The position numbers and the translations under genes are program-made. Shown here piece by piece: positions 24,109 to 36,389 of a stretch of DNA of 64,000 nucleotides. The stretch covers positions 22,568,001-22,632,000 of the forward strand of contig OX597830.1 in assembly GCA_951406725.2 (NCBI GenBank). Direction: 5' to 3'. Source of the DNA: Octopus vulgaris. Its lineage: Eukaryota. Positions within the stretch are counted from its first letter, which is position 1. Every line of letters starts with the position of its first letter. The notes beneath the pieces are model-generated. The model was not told where the DNA came from and ran no database searches. It saw nothing but the letters and a program-made list of their open reading frames with translations.

Positions 24109-24542
24109 ACACACACTACCACCACATCCATCATAACCACGCGACTAAATCCCCACTCCCTTACCAATCACACCACCTACCACTCCGTGGGCCCAACTGA
24201 TACACAACTACGAGTGCTGCAATCATCCATTCCACTACCAGTCATACCAGCACCACCACCACCATACATGGCTACACAACCCCCACCTCCGTACCTCCAA
24301 CCCCCAACAAACTTGCATCCAACCTGAAACATAATCACCATTATGCACCCACACAGCAGATGGGGTGGAAACCTACGACCAACCCCAACCATACACCGCC
24401 CTCCCCCACCTGCGCCTCTATTCCATTTCCAATCAGACACACATCACCCCCACCTTCACCCCTACCTCCACCAACCAATCATCCACCTCTCCGGTCAAGG
24501 ATCTCCCAGCCACTCTGCTCTCACTGCCAACCAGTTTCTTAC

Positions 24543-24725
24543 CTGTAGTTGTTGCAAAGGGAAGAATGCTTAGAGACCTGTTTTCATGTGTGAAATTGGC
24601 ATTGCACCTATAACCAGAGCAACAGCAGTACATGGGAGTGTTGTTCGTTTTGTCAATGTTGGCATAGCTTAATTGAGCTACACATTCATCTTTGCACTTC
24701 TCAGATTCAGTGTAACTCCAACAAT
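24543..24725 (-). CDS. BMPR2: BMPR2 exon: C-terminal half of the ectodomain with cysteine box
   Basis: Boundaries ttttcag|ATTGTTGG...ACTACAG|gtaaga; 183 bp, phase 1-1. Encodes (D)CWSYTESEKCKDECVAQ...MYCCCSGYRCNANFT, containing the CCxxxxCN cysteine box. Confidence 0.93.
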
Positions 24726-24799
24726 CTGAAAAGAGAAAAAAATCAAACTGTAAATATAACTATTACACTGCATTACATATATAAATATCTATCTATCTA

Positions 24800-24853
<54 letters not shown>

Positions 24854-25202
24854 TACATATATGTTGCTCGGGCTTGTTTTCTTTTCGACCCTTTAGAATT
24901 GGAATTTTTGAAAAGTAAAAATTTTGCATTATGTAGCTTGTTATTCTTGTTGAGTGAACATTTTTCTGGTTGAAATACACCGAAAAGTGGCGACACAGCA
25001 GTAAAAAAAAAAGGGATTTTCACAGAAAAAAAAAAAGCACCTTTTTGATGTAAATAATTTTTGGTATTAACATGGTCCGATTTGAATTTTTTCTTCTACA
25101 GAAGGAAGAGCAAGCCTTCTTCTATCATACTCTCAATTTTGGTCAACTTGCGCCGCAAGGTCTCGGAGGAGATAGTGTTAGTTGAAGGCTACCGTATATA
25201 TA

Positions 25203-25706
25203 TCTATATATATAAAACTGTAGTTGTGTGAGTGTCTGTCCCCTTCGATTTAGATTCCTAACTACTCCCACATTTTGTGGTGCAGTTTAACCAAATTTGG
25301 GTATCTTATAGTCGTGATTCATATCGAGCCCATCTGAGTATTAGCGCGAGTCTACGATTTTTAAAAATAATTTAACATCATTTTTTATTCCATTTTAATG
25401 CATAATTTTTCGTGTGTCGATGGCGGCGGAGTTGGCGTCCATGGTCACACCTGCACCTGTGTTGCTTTTCCCCCTTCTTCCCTCCCTCGTGAAGCTGTGG
25501 GGAAGGGAGTGTAAGGAAATCAACGTCGTAAAGCGTTGTCAAGGAGACCAGTGTTCTTTTAGAACAACGACTTCATGGCTTGAAGACACCAAAACAGAAA
25601 TGGCTAAGAAAGTCCGAATTGGCATCTATAAGGGAAGTAACTCTCTAAAAATGCTTATATAGTTATTTCCCTTACAAACCCGAGCAACGCCGGGCGATAC
25701 TGCTAG
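25203..25706 (+). mobile_element. Non-autonomous Helitron
   Basis: 5' end A|TCTATATATATAAA, 3' hairpin CCCGAGCAACGCCGGG followed by CTAG|T, and no TSD. Confidence 0.82.
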
Positions 25707-26530
25707 TATATATATATATATACAGAGTCAGCTAAAAACTGTATATACACAAGTAAAAAACACCATTTGAGCGCACCGCCTGACTGGCACCTGTGCCAGT
25801 GGCACGTAAAAAAGCACCCACTACACTCTCGGAGTGGTTGGTATTAGGAAAGGCATCCAGCTGTAGAAACTCTGCCAGATGAGATTGGTGCCTGGTGCAG
25901 CCATCTGGCTCACCAGTCCTCAGTCAAATCGTTCAATCCACGCTAGCATGGAAAGCGGAGGTTAAATGATGATGATGATGATGATATATATATATATATA
26001 TATATACATAGAAATTATATGCATACTTATAAATCATCATCATCATTATCATCATCGTTTAACACCCGTTTTCCGTACTAGCATGGGTTGGACGGTTCCA
26101 CCGGGGTCTGGGAAGTCAGGAGGCTGCACCAGGCTCCAGTCTGATCTGGACGTGTTTCTATAGCTGGATGCCCTTCCTAACGCCAACCACTCCATGAGTG
26201 TAGTGGGTACTTTTTCTGTGCCACGAGAGGCTGGCAGCGGCCACGATCGGTTGGTGCTTTTTACGTGCCACCGGCACAGAAACCAGTCGAGGCGGCGCTG
26301 GCATCGGCCACGTTCAGATGCATACTTATAAATATATATATATATATACACACACACATCTCTCTCTATATAAACGGCAGTTTATCGATAATGGCTGAAA
26401 TTGCCTCTGATGCCCCTGGCTGATAACTGATAAAGAACTGGTGACCTATGCATTCTGTCCACCTGTGCATTTAGAATATGTCCGTTTGTTTATTTACTAC
26501 ATGTTTATTTGTATAATATAGGTAGGTCAT

Positions 26531-26830
26531 ATTTTCTGTTTGTTGCCTTTTTATTTAATCCTGAAGGTATTATGTGTAATGCACACACACACTCATTATT
26601 CTTTATGTAAACACACCGATACCGGCTGACAAGTGGTGATGGGGAACAACCACAGACACACACACATATATATTTTCTGTTTGTTATTTTCTGTTTGTTG
26701 CCTTTTTATTTAATCCTGAAGGTATTATGTGTAATGCACACACACACTCATTATTCTTTATGTAAACACACCGATACCGGCTGACAAGTGGTGATGGGGA
26801 ACAAACCACAGACACACACACATATATATA
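26531..26830. repeat. Near-identical tandem duplication (about 155-bp period)
   Basis: TTTTCTGTTTGTTGCCTTTTTATTTAATCCTGAAGG...GACACACACACATATATA occurs twice. Confidence 0.85.
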
Positions 26831-27042
26831 CGGGGTGGGGTGGGGGTGTGCTAAAAAGTTCCTGGCTTTGGGTAAAAGAAAATACAGGAGGATCGGTTAA
26901 TTATGATTTTATACAACATATTTCTTTCTCTCTCAGATTCACACACTTATGACACTAAGCCCTGTAAAAGAACTTGGAAGATTTGGCCTCCAACCAAGCC
27001 TTTCATGACATCCTGAAAGCCAGGAACTTTTCAGTATCCTGT
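26831..27042. mobile_element. Mariner-like MITE
   Basis: Inverted termini GCTAAAAAGTTCCTGGCTTT / AAAGCCAGGAACTTTTCAGT; starts after TA. Confidence 0.6.
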
Positions 27043-27072
27043 GTGTGTATGTGTATATATATATATATCAAA

Positions 27073-27300
27073 AGGCGGCGAGCTGGCAGAACCGTTAGCA
27101 CGCCGGGCGAAATGCGTAGCCGTATTTCGTCTGCCGTTACGTTCTGTGTTCAAATTTCACTGAGGTCGACTTTGTCTTTCATCCTTTCGGGGTCGATAAA
27201 TTAAGTACCAGTTACTCACTGGGGTCGATGTAATCGACTTAACTCGTTTGTGTGTCCTTGTTTGTCCTCTCTATGTTTAGCCACTTGTGGGTAATAAAGA

Positions 27301-27303
<3 letters not shown>
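27073..27303 (+). mobile_element. SINE family C (about 230 bp)
   Basis: GGCGGCGAGCTGGCAGAA...GTTCAAAT...GAGGTCGACTTTG.CTTTCATCCTTTCGGGGTCGATAAATTAAGTACCAG...TAAAGAAA. Copies at 13415-13635, 18545-18768, 49165-49385 (+) and 15361-15593 (-). Confidence 0.88.
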
Positions 27304-27385
<82 letters not shown>

Positions 27386-27869
27386 CAGCTTCCATCTACC
27401 AAATCCACTCACAAAGCTTTGTTTGGCCTGAGGGTATAGCAGAGGACATTTGCCCAAGGTACCATGCAGTGGGACTGAATCTGGAACCATGTGGTTTGTA
27501 TGCAAGCTTCCTACCACACAGCCATGCCTATTTTATACTTGATTTTAACTGTAAAAGCTGGGGTGTAAGTTATACAGGGGGCAAAGCTAAAACTATGAAA
27601 GGAAAAGAAAATGTTGTATCAAGATTTACCACCAAGTTAGGGGTGCATCTTATACACAAGTGAATGTGGTAACTCAATTTCCATAACCAAGCTCCAACAT
27701 TGAACTTGTAGCTGAATTGCATCAGGTTGAACTGCAAGACACCAAATATGTGAAATGTGCAACACAACGTCAACTTATATGACTATCACACTACCAACAA
27801 ACACACCACACCATCATCAACATTGCACTAACCACTGTATTGAATCAACCGAACTACCAAAGGTGCCTC

Positions 27870-28550
27870 TGCATGGTCGTTTGACATGCTAGAAATAACA
27901 GCCAAATCTCCAAGTGTACACTTTACTTGTCTCTGATAAAAAAAAAAGGGAGGTTGTGTAATCAGCTTTTGATCCTATGCTTGCTTGATCAGACTTGGGA
28001 TTATGCAACAGACAGAACAGGACTTTGGGGTTATATCAACATCAGTAGCCGACAACACCACCACCACCGCCGCCGCCACCAGAGCCGATGAGGAAAGCTC
28101 AACATTGGTTGCCTGACCTGTTAAAAATAGAAGCCAATTCTCCTTCAAATCGCATCTTATGGCCTAAAAAAAAAAGACATTAGCTGTTAATTTCGATGCA
28201 GTCTGTGCACCTTCTCCAATAAGGAAACAAAAAAATTATGACACAGATGGGATGGTCACAGCTGGAATGCGTTGTAATCAAAAGTGCGCATGATTAAAGT
28301 GACCCAGGATAGTTAATAACAACCCAACAGTAAGGATAAGAGAGACTTCTATGTGGTTGCTCGAGTTGCTAGAAAGAGCAGCCAAATCTACACAATCCAC
28401 GCTACTGTTTTTTAAAAAGAAAATGGGGTGAAGTAGTTTAGAGGGATTACACAAAAAGATGGGATTATCTTCAATGGAAAGCCTTTGATCATAGGTCTGT
28501 TCGATGGATGGATGTGTGTGTATGTGGGGCGACCAGGGGATCAACAACAA
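27870..28550 (+). repeat. Three adjacent decayed copies of an old interspersed repeat (family E)
   Basis: Motif TGCTAGAAATA.CAGCCAAATCT...GGGATGGTCA.GGCTGGAATGCCTTTGATCATAGGTCTG...GGGGCTAAACAAC. Also at about 9460-9700, 19670-20250, 39100-39300, 40200-40430 (+) and 48600-48780, 53530-53730 (-). Confidence 0.7.
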
Positions 28551-29589
28551 AACAGCTGCAGTAACTACTACCAAATCAACAGCAGAAGGTCAGTGCCATA
28601 GCAAGTTTGCAACACATGCAAGGCATTGTATACAATGTTCTTATCTCAGACGACCAGGCGCCAGCAATGGGGCAGCACCAGTGACTAGAATCACAGTGGA
28701 GATGATATGGGCGATGGTGATGGTGATGGTGGTGATAGTAAGAGGAAGGTGGAGGGTGAAAGTAGTAACGGTGGAGATGATGATAGAATTAAGAGCGGAA
28801 AGCTAGAAGGGTGGGTGGAAGCACAGAGACGGTAATGGTGGAAGAGAGCAGGGTGAGTGTCTGCTGTTTGGAGAGAGGGAGAGGAGAAAGAAAGAGAGAG
28901 AGAGACTATGGCAGTGGCGGTGGTGGTGATGGCGGTAACGGCGGTGAAGATGATTTAGAGATGGTGAGAGCGGAGGAGGAGGAGGAACGGCTTAGTGGGG
29001 TGGTGGATAGATTATATAGAGACGGTAATGGTAGAATGCAGGGGATATGATAGTGGTTGTGGGGATAGGAAGAGGAGGAGGAAGAAGGACAATAATAGTG
29101 GTGGTAGTGGTGGTACAAGGAAGAGGCAGTCTTTAGTAGAGAGGTGGTGGTTGTGGTGAAAGAGGGAGGGAGGGAGGAAGGCTGACTGAGGTGGTGTGAG
29201 ATGGCGGCAATGGCTGAATATGTAAGACAGAAAGATGGTGGGGGACGAGGAGGACGGATCTGTGCGGCAGCTAATAGTCTAACCGTGGCAACAATGATAT
29301 AATTTTTAGTAGTGACGGCTGCAGACATATGGTGGTGGTAGTGATAGTGGTGGTGGGGGAGGTAGACGTTAGCAACGTTGTTGTGGTGGCGGTGGTGGTG
29401 GTGGCAGCAGTGGAGGAATTGGTGGCGGATTATTTTTGTTAGAGAAAAAAAAAATAGAAAAGAAAAAGTGGTTAGACACAGAGAAAGTAAACAAACAGCG
29501 AAAGATCTGATGGAAGATCGAGGCGCAGCAGTTAATATAGCTTAATGTAGCAGGAGTTAATATAGCTTTAATGTAGAGCCGTGGCTGAT

Positions 29590-29937
29590 GACGGTGCCAC
29601 CTGACTGGCACCAGTGCCGGTGGCACATAACAGACATAATTCGACTGTGGCCGATGCCAGTGCTGCCTGACTGGCACCTGAGCTGGTGGTACGCAAAAAG
29701 CACCATTCGAATGTGGCCAATGCCTGTGTTGCCTGACTGGCACCTGTGCCGGTGGCACGTAAAAAAGCACCCACTACACTCTCAGAGTGGTTGGCGTTAG
29801 GAAGGGCATCCAGCCGTAGAAACACTGCCAGATCAGATTGGAGCCTGGTGCAGCCTCCGGGCCTGCCAGTTCTCAGTCAAACTGTCCAACCCATGCCAGT
29901 ATGGAAAGTGGATGTTAAATGATAATGATGATGATGA
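29590..29937 (+). mobile_element. SINE-like family D (5' tandem units of about 63 bp, (GAT)n tail)
   Basis: Variable number of CTGACTGGCACCTGTGCCGGTGGCACGTAAAAAGCACC units, then GTGGTTGGCGTTAGGAAGGGCATCCAGC...GTCCAACCCATGC.AG.ATGGAAA..GGA.GTTAAA(TGA)n. Copies at 1625-1868, 6270-6690, 15000-15320, 25755-25985 (+) and 26036-26320, 41664-41975 (-). Confidence 0.85.
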
Positions 29938-30509
29938 TACATACATACATATGGTAGTTGCCTACTCCTTATGCAGAGTTTGACCACTTCCTGTACCTAC
30001 ATCTTAGATGTGGCTTTTTAAACCAGACAATGTTTTGAAAAGACACCCCACATAGACTGCATATCCAATTTGGACCACCAAGTGCTGCAGTTAAGTTCTG
30101 ATCTTTGTGGATCTTAAAAAATTTTTTTTGAGGCCTCAATTAGATTTGCACATCTTCTGGCATACATTGCATTGAAAGATGTGCACAGATATATAGGCAC
30201 AATTGTTGGTGGGGGTTCATTTTCCATGGGTTCGCAAATGAGATTTGAACCCAGCAAAAGAAAGGCATGGTCTGTCGTAGACTGTGCACACAAAAAGGTC
30301 ATTGTGATTCTTTAAATCTCTCTTGAGTCTTGCACGAGTTATCCTGGCCTCTTCAAATGCTTTCACTCAAAACATATATATTTAACTACATACATATATC
30401 ACTACACACACTCACATACAACAAGAAATAACATTTGTTTCTTTTTATGGAAACAAAAGGGTTTATAGGACTGCAAGAAAAGAAGTGCTCAAATGTAAAT
30501 AAGTCAAAG

Positions 30510-31081
30510 ATAAAGAAACATTGATCATAGAACAAACATCAAATTTGAGCCAACGGCTTTATATATAACACCATACTTCCAGACATTTGATCATATATAA
30601 ATGTTAACATGTTTCTTAAACTTGAATTTGATGTTTGCTCTATGACTTATGTTTCTTTATATATATATATTGTTTTGGGATTTGGTTTGCAAGATTCTTT
30701 ATGTGAGTTTGTGTGTTGAAGCATATTCTGTTGTGTCTGGTGAGAGTCATTTTCTGTTTGTGCCTTATAATTTCACACACTCACTGGTAAATGTCACTCA
30801 GTACACTTCACTTCTCTCTAGTGACAGCAGTGCAAGACGCAACGTAAATTTTAGGAAAATAAAAATAAAGAATAAGTGGAAATTTTACCGGTGAGTGTGT
30901 TAAATTAAATTATAAGGCACAAAAAGAAAATGACTCTCCCCAGACACAACAGAATAAATAAATATATATGTATATATACACATACACACATATATATATA
31001 CATGCATACATATACATACATACATACATATCTGTGTGCACTGCTGTCACTAGAGAGAAGTGAAGTGTACTGAGTGACATT
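30510..31081. repeat. Cluster of three inverted-repeat pairs
   Basis: 30511-30549/30621-30659, 30724-30790/30883-30955, and a perfect 45-bp pair 30790-30834/31037-31081. Confidence 0.85.
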
Positions 31082-31314
31082 ATGAGATGACAGTAAAATG
31101 GACAATCAACAAAATTTTTGTGCAGTGTTTTAGAAGAGTTTTCTTTCTTTTTTCTGGCTTTTCTTTTTATTACACAAAATGGGTAAGCACATAACTTCAT
31201 CTCATCATATTGCTATTTCATTGTTTGAAAGATACAATACAATAGGAACTTGGGTGGAATTCTGGTTTAAGCACCCAGTATAACCCCTCGTAACTTCTTT
31301 TTATCTTTTTGAGT

Positions 31315-31516
31315 ACTCTTTTACTTGTTTCAGTCATTTGACTGTGGCCATGCTGGAGCATCGCCTTTAGTTGAGCAAATTTACTCCATGACTTATTCTT
31401 TGTAAGCCTAGTACTTATTCTATCGGTCTTTTTTGCCGAACCGCTAAGTTACAGGGACGTAAACACACCAGTTGTCAAGCGATGTTGGGGGAACAAACAG
31501 ATACACAAACACACAC

Positions 31517-31577
<61 letters not shown>

Positions 31578-31743
31578 TATATATACGATGGGCTTCTTTC
31601 AGTTTCTGCCTATTAAATCCACTCACAAGGCTTTGGTTGGCCCGAGGCTATAGTAGAAGACACCAAGGTGTCACGCAGTGGGACTGAACCTGGAACCATG
31701 TGGTTGGTAAGCAAGCTACTTACCACACAGCCACTCCTGCGCC
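31315..31743 (-). mobile_element. SINE family A
   Basis: Reverse-complement match to 34202-34608. Confidence 0.9.
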
Positions 31744-31930
31744 TATGAATGTTCAGAAAATGTTTGCAAATTTGTGTTCTACATATGGGAATTCATATGA
31801 TAATGAAAAAATAAATTTCTTTTGATATTTTGTGAATTAAGAGTAAATTAGCTGTTGTTTAGTGCATCCTAAAACTACCTTATACCTTCCTCATTCTATA
31901 TTCACTCTGATATGTATTTGTTTCACAATA

Positions 31931-32312
31931 GGCGTAGGAGTGGCTGTTTGGTAACTAGCTTGCTTAAGAACCACATGGTTCCAGGTTCAGTCCCACTGCG
32001 TGGCACCTTGGGCAAGTGTCTTCTATAGCCTCAGGCCGACCAAAGCCTTGTAAGTGGATTTGGTAGACGGAAACTGAAAGAAGTCTGTCGTATATATGTA
32101 TGTGCGTGTATATGTTTGTGTGGCTGTGTTTGTCCCACTTGACAATTGATGCTGGTGTGTTTATGTCCCTGTAACTTAGTGGTTCAGCAAGAGATTAATA
32201 GAATAAGTATTAGGCTTACAAAGAATAAGTCCTGGGGTTGATTTTCCCGATTAAAGGCAGTGCTCCAGCATGACCACAGTCAAATGACTGAAACAAGTAA
32301 AAGAGTAAAAGA
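31931..32312 (+). mobile_element. SINE family A
   Basis: Direct match to 34202-34608. Confidence 0.9.
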
Positions 32313-33734
32313 ATATTTTCTCCCCTTAAACACATTTAAATGGAATGATGATGCACCCAAGGGTGGTCCATTTCTGGGATTTCAGCAAAAAGTTTGGACT
32401 GTCCAAAGAAAAAAATTTGAATGAGTAGAACTTTTGGGATTTATGGGGTGGAGGGTGTTAAAAAAAAAACTAAAAAGAAAAAAGAATTAATTTTCATAAT
32501 TGTATGAATTCCTATATGTAGAACACAAATTAAAAAAAAAAATTTCTGAAACTTCCATAAAAATAAGAATGTTGTGAGGGGTTATATGGGAGTGCTTAAA
32601 GCAGAATTCAGCCAGAACTTCTTACAGGAGAGAGTGAGGAAAAAAAAAAAACGGATTGCTTTTGTAGTAAATAAAGTTTAGTTTGCAATTATGATAGAAA
32701 GTACTGTCCTATATGAATGAATAGTTGCAAATCAATACGGAAAGAAAGGATGCTTTTTTTTTAAAGTATATAGATCGAAGCCCATATATATATATATATA
32801 TATAAATACGTTAATATAAATATTCTTTAATGTTTAACTAGAAAGAAAAAAGTAAAAAAGAACTCTAAGTGAAATAATAATAGCTTGGTTTTCCTATGAG
32901 GTCTTGGACACATTGGCACTTCAGCTTTGGTTAATGGAACCGCTTTAAATACTCACACACACATACACGCATGCATGTGTGCACATATGCACACATTTTC
33001 TGTCTGCATAGCCAACGGGGTGGCATCATTTGAAGGCTAAAACAATGTGAGTAAGTGCACTGTGAACAGCGGTATATAACATCCGAAAGTCTGGTCGATA
33101 TAGTGATTAAATGTGTGTATAATGTCCATATAAATTACATTACTTTTGAGTATATTTAAAGTCTCTGAAGTACTTAAGAGACTTTTACTTTACTTATCAT
33201 TGCACTCATAAAAACATTCAGCTGGGTTTTCAATAATTATCAAATGAGTCCGATATAAAATCTCAGACCTTGTTAGATTTAATTTTGGGGGTGGGGGTGG
33301 TTTAGAGAAATAAAAACAAGAAAAAAGCAATAAGGAAAAAAAAACAACAACAAAAAACATGTTTTTTGTTGTCAGTGTAGGTGCAGGCGTGGTTGTGTGG
33401 CAAGAAGCTTGCTTCCTAACTACATGGCTCTGAGTTCAATCCCATTGCATGACACCTCAGGCATATGTCTTCTACTACAGCCTTGGGCCAACCAAAGCCT
33501 TGTTTTAAGTGGGTTTGGTAGACGGAATCTTAAAGAAGCCCATCGAGTGTATATCATCATCATCATCATCATCATCGTTTAGCGTCCGTTTTCCATGCTA
33601 GCATGGGTTGGACGGTTCTACAGGGGTCTGTGAAGCCAGAAGGCTTCATCAGGCCCAGTCAAATCTGGCAGTGTTTCTACGGCTGGATGCCCTTCCTAAC
33701 GCCAATTATATATATATAACAATTATTCAGCCAT

Positions 33735-33795
33735 GATAAAACTCTGAGTTTCGGATGTCGGGGCGGAAACCCATGCCGCCATCTCTTCAGTTATC
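33735..33795 (-). ncRNA. Type I hammerhead ribozyme motif in BMPR2 pre-mRNA sense, embedded in an inverted repeat
   Basis: Minus strand: GATAA-CTGAAGA-GATGGCGG CATGGGTTT CCGCCCCGACATCC-GAAAC-TCAGA-GTT-TTATC. All core residues are present, with one bulged C at the base of stem II. Confidence 0.7.
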
Positions 33796-34021
33796 CGGCC
33801 ATCAGAGTTTTATCTTGGCTACCGAATAATTGTCACATATTACATTTACAGATAAATTCCTCTATTTACATAATATCGAGGTCTCTTTCATTCTTTTGTT
33901 GTCTTACCATTTCTATCAATATATATATATATTTTTATTATTTGAGGGAATAAGATCCAAACTTACAAGGAAAAAAAATTCAATTTAGAAATACTAAATC
34001 AAATTTCACACAATATAATAC

Positions 34022-34190
34022 ATAAATATAAAAAAATTAGAAAAAAACCCACCTTTTATCAATTCAAAATGAATGATTAAATTACACCATCTAAATTTAA
34101 ATTTTCTATTGTATGTAATTTTCTAGATGGTGTAATTTAATTCATTTTGAATTGATAAAAGGTGATTTTTTTCTAATTTTTTATATTTAT
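34022..34190. repeat. Inverted repeat, arms of about 70 bp
   Basis: ATAAATATAAAAAAATTAG...TTAAATTACACCATCTA versus TAGATGGTGTAATTTAA...CTAATTTTTTATATTTAT; ends in (TA)n. Confidence 0.88.
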
Positions 34191-34201
34191 ATATATATAT
34201 A

Positions 34202-34608
34202 GGCGCAGGAGTGGCTGTGTGGTAAGTAGCTTGCTTAGGAACTACATGGTTCTGGGTTCAGTCCCACTGCGTGGCACCTTGGGCAAGTGTCTTCTACTAT
34301 AGCCTCGGGCCGACCAAAGCCTTGTGAGTGGATTTGGTAGACGGAAACTGAAAGAAGCCTGTCGTATATATTTATATATATATGTGTGTGCGTGTATGTT
34401 TGTGTGTCTGTGTTTGTCCTCCTAGCATTGCTTGACAACCGATGCTGGTGTGTTTATGTGCCTGTCACTTAGCGGTTCGGCAAAAGAGACCGATAGAATA
34501 AGTACTGGGCTTACAAAGAATAAGTCCCGGGGTCGAGTTGCTCGATTAAAGGCGGTGCTCCAGCATGGCCACAGTCAAATGACTGAAACAAGTAAAAAGA
34601 GAAAAGAG
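34202..34608 (+). mobile_element. SINE family A (about 380-430 bp, tRNA-like head, internal microsatellite), full-length copy
   Basis: A-box-like TGGCTGTGTGG, B-box-like GGTTCAGTCCC, CORE-like CCTTGGGCAAGT, internal (TA/TG)n, and tail ...AATGACTGAAACAAGTAAAAGAG. More than 15 full or partial copies occur in the window. Confidence 0.9.
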
Positions 34609-35261
34609 ATATATATATCTGTGTGTGTTTGTGTGTCTTTGTGTCTGTTCGTCACCCACCACTGCTTGACAACTGGTGCTGGTATGTTTACATCCCCCAA
34701 CCTAGCGGTTCGACCAAAAAGACCGATAAAATAAATACCAGTTTTGGCAAAAATATATATATACTGGTGGGGGGGTCGATTCATTTGACTAAAACATCTT
34801 CAGGGTGGTGCCCTAGCATGGCTGCAGATTAATGATAAAAGATAAAATGCAAAAGTTTATCAATGTAGACAATTTGAAATATTTTAAGTGGTTGGAAAAT
34901 AATTTCATAAGACCCATCTGTAAAAACTACAAATTTAATCTGAATTATTATTATTATTCATAAATCAAAAATGCATTTGCCTTGCGTCACTAGAAGTGAT
35001 TTTTAACTTAAGCTGTCAGTCTAGGAATCTTAAACGTTTCTTTTTATTTTTTACACTTTTCTGAAGCTATGAATTTTATTTTATTCTGATTGTGTGTCAT
35101 ATATTTATTTTTCGGTCTCTTCCTTCATATGTTCAGTTAGCAAAAATATTATCATGGAATCTAAATATATATATATATATTGTAGATGTTATAGAAATAA
35201 TTTTATATTTATCCACCAATGCGGTATTGAGCACTCATTCTCACTCTTCAATATTAATGTA

Positions 35262-35320
<59 letters not shown>

Positions 35321-35331
35321 ATAAATCAATG

Positions 35332-35574
35332 CTCCCTTTTAAAGCCTAGCCAGGCTCATGGGCCCGGTTTCCCGGTTTCAATGGCGTATGTGTTCCCTAG
35401 CTGGACGGGACGCTAGTCCATCGCAGCGTTACTCATTTTTGCCAGCTGAGTGGACTGGAGCAACCTGAAATGAGGTGTTTTGCTCAAGAACACAACGCGT
35501 CGCCCGGTCAAGGTATCGAAACCACAATCTTATGATCATGATGCTGATACCCTAACCACTAAGCCACGCGCCAC
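35332..35574 (-). mobile_element. SINE family B head with a third tail type
   Basis: Same head and core, with tail TGCGATGGACTAGCGTCCCGTCCAG...GAAACCGGGCCCATGAGCCTGGCTAGGC shared with 16905-17213 (-). Confidence 0.8.
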
Positions 35575-36349
35575 CACTCATACATACATACATTTTTTTC
35601 TTGTTTACATATTTCACTTGTTTTTCCCTTGTTTGTTTATGTATTTCATGTTATTTGCACCATTGGTAATGTCCTGTACCCATATATGCATATGTGAATG
35701 TGTATATATATATTCTTTTATTTGTTTCAGTCATTTGACTGTGGCCATGCTGGAGCACCACCTTGAACGGTCTTAGTCGAACAAATCAACCCCAGGACTT
35801 ATTTTTAAAGCCTAGTACTTATTCTATCGATCTCTTTATTTAACCTCTAAGTTATGGGGATGTAAATACACCAACACCGGTTGTCAAGCAGTGATGGTGG
35901 TGGGGACAAATATAGATACACACACACACACACATAAATATACATATATACATATATATGATAGGCTTCTTCCTGTTTCCATCTACCAAATCTATTCACA
36001 AGGCTTTGGTCAGCCTGTGGCTATTGTAGAAGACACTTGCCCAAGGTGCCATGCAGTGGGACTGAACCTGGAACCATGTGGTTGGGATGCAAGCTTCCTA
36101 CCACATCATCACGTCTACACACACACACACACACACATGCTATTATCTAACAGTGAGGTTCTTTATTTGTGGGTCAACAAGGCTACCATTGGTTTCATGT
36201 TGAGAGAAATCTCTCAACAGTTATCAAGTCTTCCACATGAGACATTAGTACTCGTCACCATCTTGAATGAAAAAAGTATGTGTGTATACATATATGTGTG
36301 TGTGTGTGTGTATATATGTATGTATGTATATATACATATATATATATAT

Positions 36350-36389
<40 letters not shown>

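Larger units (their letters stand above)
31245..32622. mobile_element. Long-TIR foldback element carrying two oppositely oriented SINE insertions
   Basis: 31246-31290 is the inverted counterpart of 32575-32622, and 31750-31820 of 32485-32552. SINEs at 31315-31743 (-) and 31931-32312 (+). Confidence 0.6.
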
